A stretch of 64,000 bases of DNA from Longimicrobiales bacterium (lineage in GTDB: Bacteria > Gemmatimonadota > Gemmatimonadetes > Longimicrobiales > Gaopeijiaceae): contig CAXXKM010000001.1 of NCBI GenBank assembly GCA_963664435.2, forward strand, positions 832,001-896,000, in the 5' to 3' direction. Below, piece by piece: positions 1-9,210 of this stretch. Every line of letters starts with the position of its first letter. Positions within the stretch are counted from its first letter, which is position 1. The notes beneath the pieces are model-generated. The model worked only from the letters and a program-made list of their open reading frames with translations. It was not told the origin of the DNA and did not search any database. Made by a program: the position numbers and the translations under genes.

Positions 1-1855
1 GCTCGAGCTCGGCGCCGAAGGCCGAATTGTCGTCGAAACGCACGGCGCCGGTCAGGAACAGCCGGTCGTTGTAGCTGAACTCCTCCTGCACGTAGAAGCC
101 GATGGACTTGTTCTCGATGTAATCGAAGTTGAGATCGGCGCTCGCCGGCGGAGTCTGGTTGACGGTGCGCGAGAACGGAGAGGCGAATCCGCGTCCGGTG
201 GTGCCGAGCATGGAGAGGCGCTCGGAGTAGTACTGCGCGCCCACCGAGGTGGCGCTGCCCCATGAGTCGGTTACCGGCAATCTGGCGGTCGCGGACCAGT
301 CCGCGGTGAGGTTGGTGGTGACCGGCCTCTCGAGAACGACCAGCCCGGAGGCGGTCTCCTCGTATACCGGCGAAAGCTGAACCTCCAGCGGCCACAGCAC
401 GTTGTTCTCGTCCCAGCCCTTGTCGATCCCCACCACGACCCGTGACGAGAGCCAGTCGCCGGTGGTGAAGTTGAGCGTTCCGCTTCCGGTGAAGCGGCTG
501 AACTCACGCGTCGCCTCCAGCTTGGCCACGTCGGAGGGGAGGTGCTCCTGGAAGCCCATCAGCCGAGCGCAGGCGTTGCGCCCGTTGATGCGCGGATAGC
601 AGAAGCCGTTGCCCCAGGCCAGGTCCTCCCAGATGCCGCCGTCGCCGTCCGCGGGCGAGAGGAACCTCGTCTTCCCGTCCACATATCCCGTGGAGACGTC
701 GAGCGCGAAGTTCTCCGAGAAGACGACCCCCAGGTTGGCGCGCAACCGCAGCGCCTTGTTCCAGTTGTAGTAGGTGATGCCTTCGTCGTTGTCGTAGTTG
801 CCGGAGAGGAAGTAGCGGTAGTTCTGGGTTCCCCCGCGAACGCCCAGGTTGTAGCTCTGGCTGAGCCCGCGCTGGAACAGCTCTTCCTGCGGCCAGGGGA
901 AGGCGCCCTGCTCGATCAGGACGTTGGACTCCTCGTAGGCGTTGTAGGACACGAGCCCCTCGCCCTCGCGGCAAGGCGGGTCGAAGCTGTTCTGGCACGT
1001 CCACTTGGTGCCGATTCGCGCCGCCGGATTCCGCAGGTAGTTGGTGCCCATGCGTACCGAGGCGTCGAACTGGGCCTCGCCCTCGGCGCCGCGCTTGGTG
1101 ATGATCTGGATCACTCCGGCGGATGCCTCGGTCCCGTACAGCGTCGCCGCGGCGGGCCCCTTGATGATCTCGATGCTCTCGATGTCCTGGGGATTGAAGT
1201 CGTTGAGGACGTTGACCTCACGCTCATTCCCCAGATCGGGCCCGGCCTGCGAGTTGTTGTTGACCCGCACGCCGTCGACGTAGATGAGCGGGTTGGAGCC
1301 GAGATTGAAGCTCCCCGTGCCCCGCACCTCGATGGCCGAACCCGTGCCGACGTTTCCGCTGGCGCGGGCAAACTGGACCCCGGGGGTCCGGGCGGTCAGC
1401 AGGTCCTGCATGTTGAGGATCGCGACCTCCTGGGTGACCTGTGCCGCCTCCAGGGTCGCGACCGCGTTCCCGATCGCGCGCCGCTGGGTGCCGCCGGGCG
1501 TTCCGGTCACGATGATCTCGTCGAGCCCGAGCGCCTCCTCGGTCAGCTGGAACTCCAGCAGAGCGGTCTCGTCGGCCGCCACCGTCACCTCGATGGTCGA
1601 GGAGGTGTAACCGATGCGCTGGGCCGTGACCGAGTGAGTTCCGGCGGGCACGCCCGGCATCAGGAAGCGCCCGTTCTGCTGGGTGAGCGCGCCGATGCTG
1701 GGTTCCGCGATGAAGACCTGCACGGCGGCGAGCGGCTCGCCGGTCTGCCGGTCGGTTACCGTGCCCGTCAGGGTAGCCTGTTGCGCGTGCGCCCCCGGCA
1801 CAAACACCAGGAAGGCCACCGCGTACAGCGGTAAGAGACAAAGTGGTCGAAGCAT
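1..1855 (-). CDS. SusC/RagA-family TonB-dependent receptor (3' end runs off the window)
   Basis: Manual translation from ATG at 1855 (GGAGG upstream): signal peptide MLRPLCLLPLY...AHAQ, carboxypeptidase-like domain, plug motif IESIEIIKGPAAATLYGTEASAGVIQIITKRG, barrel motif FLTGAVRFDDNSAFG. Absent from the ORF track because there is no stop in the window. Confidence 0.93.
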   Translation of the reverse strand, partial: MLRPLCLLPLYAVAFLVFVPGAHAQQATLTGTVTDRQTGEPLAAVQVFIAEPSIGALTQQNGRFLMPGVPAGTHSVTAQRIGYTSSTIEVTVAADETALLEFQLTEEALGLDEIIVTGTPGGTQRRAIGNAVATLEAAQVTQEVAILNMQDLLTARTPGVQFARASGNVGTGSAIEVRGTGSFNLGSNPLIYVDGVRVNNNSQAGPDLGNEREVNVLNDFNPQDIESIEIIKGPAAATLYGTEASAGVIQIITKRGAEGEAQFDASVRMGTNYLRNPAARIGTKWTCQNSFDPPCREGEGLVSYNAYEESNVLIEQGAFPWPQEELFQRGLSQSYNLGVRGGTQNYRYFLSGNYDNDEGITYYNWNKALRLRANLGVVFSENFALDVSTGYVDGKTRFLSPADGDGGIWEDLAWGNGFCYPRINGRNACARLMGFQEHLPSDVAKLEATREFSRFTGSGTLNFTTGDWLSSRVVVGIDKGWDENNVLWPLEVQLSPVYEETASGLVVLERPVTTNLTADWSATARLPVTDSWGSATSVGAQYYSERLSMLGTTGRGFASPFSRTVNQTPPASADLNFDYIENKSIGFYVQEEFSYNDRLFLTGAVRFDDNSAFGAELE

Positions 1856-2041
1856 GGATCCTCCAAGGCAGGAGATGTGTTGGGATGCGCCACGGCGAGA
1901 CGGTACCCGAAGGCGGCGCCAGGCGCGAAGAGGGCACGAGATTAGTGCACCGGGAGGTGGGTCACGCGGGACGCGCTGCAGGCGAGGGAAACAGGCAGCG
2001 CTACCAGTCCCGGCGACTCCGGCAGCGGAAATCCTCCGGCA

Positions 2042-2075
2042 GTCCGCGAATCGCGATCGTCCGCGAATCGCGATC
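2042..2075. repeat. 17-bp tandem duplication (GTCCGCGAATCGCGATC x2) upstream of susC
   Basis: Read directly from the sequence. Confidence 0.85.
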
Positions 2076-2175
2076 GGTGAAGCTGATCGCCCGTCTGACT
2101 GATACGGAGCGGGGTTCCGCGTGTCAAACTTCAGGGTTTTCGGCGGTTACGTGCGCCGGCGGCGGATGTGCGAGC

Positions 2176-2889
2176 TCAGCCCGGACCCGATCGGGTTTCG
2201 ATATGGATGGAGCCGTCCGCGGATCCCTGGAGAAAGCCCGAAGCCGGACCGCGCAGCACCCGGATGTTGCGCACGTCCCGTGCCGGAATCTGGCTCAGCA
2301 CCTCCATCGCCGGGCCGAAGGTTCCGATCCGCACGCCGTCGAGAAACACCGTCGGCTCACCGCCGGGCCCGAAGGTCCCGGTCCCGCGCAGGCGCACCGG
2401 GTTCGTGTTCAGGCCCAGGTTCCCCGAGTTCGGGTTCATGTCCAGCACCTTGCGGGCCACCAGTTCGGCGGCGGTTCTGGCCTCGCTCACGCCGACGGGG
2501 GGGGTCACGAGCTCTCCCAGGATGACGTCGGCCCTGGGCATCATGACCTGCATGTAGAGGACGACGTCCTGCACCACCTCGACCTGCTCCACCATCACAG
2601 GATAGCCCGGCGCCTCGATGCGCACGGCCAGCGAGCCGAGCGGCACGCCCTCGAACGAGAATGTGCCGTCTCCCCCGGTCACCGCCTCGAGCCCGGTTCC
2701 CACCACCGTCACGCGGGCCGAGTCGATGAGGGACATCGTGGCCTGGTCGGCGACCACCCCGTGGAGCGGGCGCTGGGCGGCGGCCGGGCCCGTCGCGAAC
2801 CCGATCCCGGACACGAGGAGGGCCGGAAGGCCGGGATTCGCACGCAGCAGGCGAAGCAAGCGGATTGGCGGGCCGGAGAGCAGCTTCAT
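2176..2889 (-). CDS. Secreted carboxypeptidase-regulatory-like domain plus TonB-receptor plug-like domain, no barrel
   Basis: Signal peptide, TGGDGTFSFEGVP, PTVFLDGVRI, IRVLRGPAS...GSIHIETR, then stop. Confidence 0.8.
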   Translation of the reverse strand: MKLLSGPPIRLLRLLRANPGLPALLVSGIGFATGPAAAQRPLHGVVADQATMSLIDSARVTVVGTGLEAVTGGDGTFSFEGVPLGSLAVRIEAPGYPVMVEQVEVVQDVVLYMQVMMPRADVILGELVTPPVGVSEARTAAELVARKVLDMNPNSGNLGLNTNPVRLRGTGTFGPGGEPTVFLDGVRIGTFGPAMEVLSQIPARDVRNIRVLRGPASGFLQGSADGSIHIETRSGPG

Positions 2890-3031
2890 CGGACCTCCAT
2901 CGGTCCATGTGGCCTATCAGTACCTATGATTATACGCGCACGGGGAGCATTGCGCCCGGTGCGCCCCCGGGTGCGGGCCGGCTTCCTCCGGGGAGCCGCG
3001 TCTTCGGTAACCCCAGGACCAGGGTATCCAC

Positions 3032-3472
3032 ATGCCGCGAGCCAGCCGGCGCATGTCGCGAGTCAGCCGCAGGATGTGGTCTCTGCCAGCGATCCCGCTG
3101 CGCGTGCTCCCGGTCGTGCTGCTGTCGTCCGCGCTGGCCGGCTGTGCCTCCGCCCGGGGGGACGGTCTCGGGCCGCCCGGCCGCGCGGAAGGCATATCCC
3201 TGGAGGTGCAGAACCAGAGCCGCAACGCGGTCACCATCTACGTATGGAGCGAGACCTACCAGAACCGCCTGGGGATGGTCGAGGCGCTCAACCGCGACAC
3301 CTTCAGCTTTCGCTGGAATCTGGCCGGTCGCGTGTACTTCATGATGGACTTTCTGGCACAGGGATGCGTGCTGTCGGAGCCCATCGACGTCATCGACGGC
3401 GACGAGTTGATCCTCACCGTGCAGCCGATCGACCAACGGCGCGCCTCCCGCGCCGCCTGCCGCAGGCCGTAG
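3032..3472 (+). CDS. Hypothetical lipoprotein
   Basis: Hydrophobic stretch with lipobox LAGC; beta-rich mature part. Confidence 0.7.
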   Translation: MPRASRRMSRVSRRMWSLPAIPLRVLPVVLLSSALAGCASARGDGLGPPGRAEGISLEVQNQSRNAVTIYVWSETYQNRLGMVEALNRDTFSFRWNLAGRVYFMMDFLAQGCVLSEPIDVIDGDELILTVQPIDQRRASRAACRRP

Positions 3473-3541
3473 CTCCGCCCGCACAGGAGCCGCGGGGCTT
3501 GAGCCGCGGACAGGGTGCACCGCCGAGCGCCGGCGCACGGT

Positions 3542-4930
3542 CTACGGTGTCCCGCCCCTCTCCAACTCGTAGCGGTACCCGAGCGCCCGTCCCTCGATGG
3601 AAACGCGAAAGTCCGCGCTGGCGCCCGGACCCGGAGCGCTGGCCTCCAGAAACCTCTCTCCCAGCGAGCCCGCGTTGTCGTAGAAGATAAAGCGCAGCCG
3701 AACGGGCGCCCCCTCCGGCAGCGCGTTCCCGACGAGGCGCCCCTGGACCACGGTCCCCTCCTCGGTCACGCTCAGCCTCAGCCCGTCGAGGTGGATGGGG
3801 AGGCTGTCGGAACGGGCCACTCCGGCGCGCGCTCCGGCTTCATCCCCTGTCTCCAGCCGGGCCCGCGCCGTGATGAGATGCGCGGGTTCGCTCAGGGGGT
3901 CGACCGCCAGCAGTCGATCGCCTGCGTCGGCCAGCGCCGCCCATGCCTCGGTGGCGAACAGCGCGTTCGCGTAGTTGAACCACGCATCCCGCGAGTCGGG
4001 CTGCTTGTCCGTGAGAAGCTCGAACGCCCGCGCGGCCTGGTCGTAGCGCGAGGAGCGGAAGAGCGTGATTCCCAGGTTGAACAGGTCGGCCGCGGCCAGT
4101 GATTCGTCGGTCAGAAGCGACGCGTAGAGTTCCGTGGCCTCGTCCGCGCGTCCCAGCTCCACGAGGGTCCTCGCGAGATCGCTCCGCGCCCGGATGCTCG
4201 CGGGATCCCGGGCCAGCTGCCGCCGCAGCAGCGGTTCGGCGTCGGCGAAGCGCCCCGTGGCCAGGAGGAGCTGCACGAGTCGATCCTCCGTGTCGGCGCG
4301 CACTTCGGCGCGCACGCGGACCTCGTCCTCCTCCAGCACGCGCGTCGCGGGCCGCCGCTCCAGCCCGCGCAGCGCATCCTGATACACCCGGATCGCCTCG
4401 TCCCGGCGCCCCAGCTCCACCAGAAGGCTGGCGAGGTTTCGATGCGCCGCGGGCTGCAGGTCATAGATCGCGGTTGCCTGCAGCCAATGCTCGGCGGCGC
4501 CATTTAGTTCTCCGCGCGCATAGGCCTCCAGGCCCGCGTTGAAGGCCCGGGCCCATGCGGCCTCCCGCTCCGGCTCGATGTCGAGCTCGTACGCGGGGTA
4601 GATGCGCCGGGCTTCCCGGAACCAGCCGTGGGCGTCCCCGTACTCCCCGAGCCTGGCCCCGGCCACCCCGGCCAGGAAGTAATGGATCGAGTTGCCCGGA
4701 TCGGCGTCGATCCCCTCCAGGGCCTGTTGGAGGGCAGCCTCCTCCTCGCCGTCGATGTTCAGGTAGAGGGTGGCGGTCTGGGAAAACCGGGTCTCGACGG
4801 GTGGCACGCCCGGAGGGTAGACGATCCCGGTCGGGGACCGCACCGGCCCCCGCGGCCCGCGTCCGCCCACGCACCCCGCGAGGATCAGCGTCGCCAGCAC
4901 GGCGGCGCACGCGGGATGCCGGCGCATCAT
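3542..4930 (-). CDS. TPR-repeat lipoprotein
   Basis: Lipobox LAGC; repeated TPR-like helices (AHRNLASLLVELGRRDEAIRVYQ, DAWFNYANAL); start overlaps the stop of the upstream tonB-like gene. Confidence 0.85.
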   Translation of the reverse strand: MMRRHPACAAVLATLILAGCVGGRGPRGPVRSPTGIVYPPGVPPVETRFSQTATLYLNIDGEEEAALQQALEGIDADPGNSIHYFLAGVAGARLGEYGDAHGWFREARRIYPAYELDIEPEREAAWARAFNAGLEAYARGELNGAAEHWLQATAIYDLQPAAHRNLASLLVELGRRDEAIRVYQDALRGLERRPATRVLEEDEVRVRAEVRADTEDRLVQLLLATGRFADAEPLLRRQLARDPASIRARSDLARTLVELGRADEATELYASLLTDESLAAADLFNLGITLFRSSRYDQAARAFELLTDKQPDSRDAWFNYANALFATEAWAALADAGDRLLAVDPLSEPAHLITARARLETGDEAGARAGVARSDSLPIHLDGLRLSVTEEGTVVQGRLVGNALPEGAPVRLRFIFYDNAGSLGERFLEASAPGPGASADFRVSIEGRALGYRYELERGGTP

Positions 4931-5796
4931 GTCCACGGGAAGGGGATGCTGAAGACCGCGGATCGGGCCACCGCCACGCCCTGCTCCCTGGCGGGCCGAA
5001 ACAGGATCACTTCGTTCACGAGTTCCAGCGCAATCTCGTCGACGCGCCGATCTCCACTGGACTCCATGACCTCTGACCATTCCACGGACCCCGTGCGGTC
5101 GATCCACAGGGTAATGCGCACGGTCCGGAAGTCCTCCTCGGCCAGACCCGCGCCCGCCGCGGACCGGCGCATGAACTCCATCACTTCGTCGGGATTGCGC
5201 ACCAGCACCCAGGCCGAGAGCGACGTCAGAGACAGTTCGGGTTCGAGAACGGAGAGCCGGTCCAGATCCAGTTCGTCGGGATCCGGCAGAGACTCCAGCG
5301 ACGCCGTCGAAGCTCTGCCGTCGATGGAAAGCGGGTCTTCCCCGGGGGTTCCGTCGCTCTCGGAGTCGACGGGGGTCTCGGGTTCGTCAACGTCCAGCTC
5401 CGGTTCGGCGAGAACGGGCCGGGGGGCGGAGCGCCCGCGCAGACGGTCCAGGAAGCTTCCCCCGCGACCCTCGCGGCCGCCATCCGCGAACTCGGCGGGA
5501 TTCCCGTCCGCCGCCTCTTCCTCTTCGGCTTCCCCTGCGGACGCCGAGTCCTCACCTGCGCCCGACACGGCCGCGGCCACGATGGCCTCCACCCCCGGAC
5601 CCCGCCCGGGCGGCTGGAGGAGAATCCACTCCGTTCCCCGGGCGCCGAAGACGGGCTGGGGCGCAAGGTCCCGCAACCTCCACCCCGGGAACAAGGCGAA
5701 GCCGGCCACGTGAACGAACACGGCGACCACGATCGACCAGGCCAGCCGGTCGTCCCACTGCGCCTTGAAGCGGTCGTTGGCGGTGGGCGCGAACAT
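4927..5796 (-). CDS. Energy transducer TonB-family protein
   Basis: N-terminal TM helix with His (VAVFVH), acidic/Pro linker, C-terminal TonB_C-like IDRTGSV...SSGDRRVDEIAL...FRPA. Confidence 0.8.
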   Translation of the reverse strand: MFAPTANDRFKAQWDDRLAWSIVVAVFVHVAGFALFPGWRLRDLAPQPVFGARGTEWILLQPPGRGPGVEAIVAAAVSGAGEDSASAGEAEEEEAADGNPAEFADGGREGRGGSFLDRLRGRSAPRPVLAEPELDVDEPETPVDSESDGTPGEDPLSIDGRASTASLESLPDPDELDLDRLSVLEPELSLTSLSAWVLVRNPDEVMEFMRRSAAGAGLAEEDFRTVRITLWIDRTGSVEWSEVMESSGDRRVDEIALELVNEVILFRPAREQGVAVARSAVFSIPFPWT

Positions 5797-5909
5797 GGGT
5801 CACACTAGGGAGCGGCGTGCGGAAAGGACAAGCCCGCCCGAAGCCTGCATCACGGCGGAGGCCGTGCCCGGTGCGCGTCCAGCCCGGGACCGTCCCGGAA
5901 CGGAGCCAC

Positions 5910-6674
5910 ATGAAGATACCCTTCCCCTGGGTGGCGGCGATCCTGACGATGGCCGGGTTCATGATCTGGTTGTGGTCAGCGCAACGCGACCGTGTCGCGG
6001 ACGTGCCCCTGCCACCCTCGGCTCCGGCCGAGCCGGACCGGACCGACCTTCCGACCGAGGGATCGTCGATGCCGTGCCAGGTCCCTCTCGCGTGGCGAAT
6101 CGCGCGGCTGGACGAGGAGTTCGGGCTCGACGCCGCCACCGCGGAAACGGTGCTCAGGGAGGCTGCCGGACTCTGGGAGGCAGCGCTCGGGCAGCCACTC
6201 TTCCTGCATGATCCGGAGGCTGGCATGCCGGTCCGGTTCATCTACGACGAGCGTCAGGCGCGCACCAACGAACGCAGGCGCCTGGAGGCGGCGCTCGAGA
6301 CAGAGCGCGCGACCCTGGATTCGGCGGGATTCGCGGCTCGCACACGCGAGCTGTCCGAACTCCTTCCTCCCGATACCGCGGAGGCGGGCGTCTACCGCGA
6401 AGCGGTGGTCCGCGACGGCGCGGGCGGGGTCGACGTGAGCCGCGAAATCCGCATCCATCGCTTCGCCGGACTGGACGAGCTGCGGCGGGTCGCGGCACAC
6501 GAACTGGGTCATGCGCTGGGGCTCGGCCACGTGTCCGAGCCGGGGTCGCTGATGCGGGGCGGGCCGGCACGCGGGGAAGCGGATCCGGAAGATGCCGGCG
6601 TCGCCCCCGGAGACCGCGACCGACTGCGCGCGCTGTGTCCCGAAATCCGGGAGGGAAGCGCAGGCCCGAACTGA
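5910..6674 (+). CDS. Matrixin (M10-like) zinc metalloprotease
   Basis: HELGHALGLGH zinc motif followed by Met-turn (SLM); N-terminal TM/signal. Confidence 0.88.
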   Translation: MKIPFPWVAAILTMAGFMIWLWSAQRDRVADVPLPPSAPAEPDRTDLPTEGSSMPCQVPLAWRIARLDEEFGLDAATAETVLREAAGLWEAALGQPLFLHDPEAGMPVRFIYDERQARTNERRRLEAALETERATLDSAGFAARTRELSELLPPDTAEAGVYREAVVRDGAGGVDVSREIRIHRFAGLDELRRVAAHELGHALGLGHVSEPGSLMRGGPARGEADPEDAGVAPGDRDRLRALCPEIREGSAGPN

Positions 6675-6684
6675 CTTGACCGCT

Positions 6685-6713
6685 TTGCGACTCCCGCTTG
6701 TCTACCCTATACT
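6685..6713 (+). promoter_or_regulatory. Sigma70-like promoter of the DUF1592 operon
   Basis: TTGCGA-N17-TATACT upstream of GGAGG and ATG 6776. Confidence 0.55.
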
Positions 6714-6775
6714 GGAGGCTGGTGTGGAGTGTCTCGTCGCGGCGAGGCGGGTCCCCTATGGTTCAGGCGGAGGCA

Positions 6776-9204
6776 ATGAGAACACTCGTCATCGGAACGG
6801 CTCTGGGTGCGGCGCTGACTCTGCTTGGCGACCCCCCTTCCCTTCCTTCCGGGGAATCCCGACCCGCAGGTTCGGGCGGCGCCAGCGCGGCTTACGCGTC
6901 ATCGATCGAATCCCCGGCCCTGACCCGGGTGGTGGTCCAGTACTGCCAGGTCTGCCACAACGACGCGCTGCTCACGGGCAACGTCTCGCTTCAGGGGTTC
7001 GACGTGGAACGCGCCCCTGAGCTGGCGGAGACCGCGGAACGCATGATCCGCAAGCTGCGCGCGGGCATGATGCCGCCCCCCGGGATGCCACGCCCCTCGG
7101 GCGACACCCTCCAGGTGCTGGTGGAGACGCTGGAGCAGCTGGTCGACGAAACCGCCGCCGCCCGCCCCAATCCCGGGATCCGGCGCTTCCAGAGGCTGAG
7201 CCGCGCGGAGTACGAGCGCGTCATCCGCGACATGCTTGACCTCGAGATCGACGCGGGACGCTGGCTCCCCGCCGACGTGCTGCTCGGCAGCTTCGACAAC
7301 CTGTCGGCGGCCCAGGGGCTGTCGACGACGCTGCTGGCCGCCTATATGCGCGCCGCGACCGAAGTGAGCCGCCTCGCGGTGGGCAACCCGGATGCGGTTC
7401 CCGTGTCGGCCAAGTACACCAACCCAATCGAGGTGTCGCAGCACGCGTGGGACCACATCGACGGGACCCCGTTCGGCACGCGCGGCGGGATGGTGGTCAC
7501 CCACGATTTCCCGGCCGACGGCGAGTACGTCCTGACCGTGGAGACCCTGTTCGGACAGGGCACCGGCTTCGAGGACCTCGACATCTCCGTCGACGGTGAG
7601 GGCGTTGCGGTCATCCGATCCCGCACAACGGCGAGCGCGGCGTGCCGCTCAAGACCGATCCCGTCTTCGTGCGCGCGGGCCAGCGCCAGGTGGCGGCGGC
7701 GTTCGTGCGGCGCATGGACGGTCCCTACGACGACCGCTTCAGCCCCTTCGACTGGTCGTTCGTAGGCGGCGAGGACGCCCAGCAGTGGGCCAACTACGGC
7801 ATCACCGCGCTTCCGCACCTCTCGAACCTGATGATCACCGGGCCCACGGCCGTCGCCGGCGTCTCCGACACACCGACCCGGGACAGGATATTCAGCTGCC
7901 GGCCCGCGTCCGAGTCCGAGGAGCGGCCCTGCGCCGAGTCCATCGTGGCGCGGCTCGCGGAACAGGCCTACCGCCGCCCTGTCAACGACCAGGACCTGCA
8001 GGGGCTGATGGCCTTCTACGACCAGGGGTCGGACGGCGGCGGGTTCGAGATCGGCGTGCGCACCGCGCTCCAGGCACTGCTCGCCAGCCCCTCGTTCGTG
8101 TTCCGGCTCGAGCGGGAGCCGGCCGGCCGGGGTGAAGGCGAGAACTACTACCTGAACGACCTCGACCTGGCTTCCCGGCTGTCCTTCCTCCTCTGGGCCT
8201 CGGCGCCCGACCAGGAGCTGCTCGATGTCGCCGCCCGCGGACGGCTTTCCGACGACGCCGTGCTCGAAGCGCAGGTGCGGCGCATGCTCGCCGATCCGCG
8301 CTCCGACGCGCTGGGCACGCGCTTCGCGCATCAGTGGCTGCGCCTGCAGGACGCCGCCAAGAACAACCCGGAGCCGTACCTCTATCCCGATTTCACCGGC
8401 CAGTTGAGCGACGACCTGGTGCGGGAAACCGAGCTCTTCTTCAACCACCTGGTGCAGGAAGACCGCAGCCTGCTCGAGTTCTTCAGCGCGGATTACACCT
8501 TCCTGAACGAGCGCCTGGCGCGCCACTACGGGATCGACGGCGTCACGGGCGACGATTACCGCCTGGTCACGTATCCCGACGACAAGCGGCGCGGCATCCT
8601 CGGGCACGGGAGCGTCCTGCTGCTGACCTCGATGTCGGCGCGCACCTCTCCGGTTCTGCGCGGGAAGTGGGTCATGGAGGTCCTGATGGGTACGCCTCCG
8701 CCGCATCCTCCGCCCAACGTTCCCGCCTTCGACCAGACCGAGGGAACGGCGGACGGCCGCCGCCTCACCACGCGCGAGCGCATGGAGCGTCACCGCGCCA
8801 ATCCGACCTGCAACGCTTGTCATCGCTTCATGGATCCCATCGGCCTCGCGCTCGACAACTACGACGTGACCGGCCGCTGGCGCATCCGCGAGAACATGGT
8901 GGCGCTGGACACGCGCGGCGACTTCTACGACGGAACGCCCATTACCACACCGGCCGAACTGACCCAGGTCATCCTCAAGCGTCCGATCCCGCTGGTGCGC
9001 AATTTCACGGCGCATCTGCTGGCGTACGCGATCGGCCGCCCCGTGGAGTACTTCGATCAACCAACCATTCGAGCCATCGCGCGCGACGCGGAGGCCGAAG
9101 GATACAGCATGTCCGCCTTTGTTCTGGGGATCGTGAAGAGCGATCCGTTCCGGATGAGACGAACCGAGGCGACCGCCGACACGGAAGCCAACCAGGGAGT
9201 GTAA
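6776..9204 (+). pseudogene. DUF1592/DUF1588/DUF1587/DUF1595/DUF1585-type c-type cytochrome protein, frameshifted near 7600-7621
   Basis: Two overlapping ORFs join into one protein: CQVCH heme motif, RRLSRAEY, DLASRLSFLLW, RTSPVLRGKWV, CNACH. One base is missing near 7616. Confidence 0.85.
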
Positions 9205-9210
9205 GCGACC

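Noticed and set aside
1856..2175. Cobalamin or TPP riboswitch upstream of the TonB-dependent receptor
   Set aside because: I could not find the conserved core motifs by eye.
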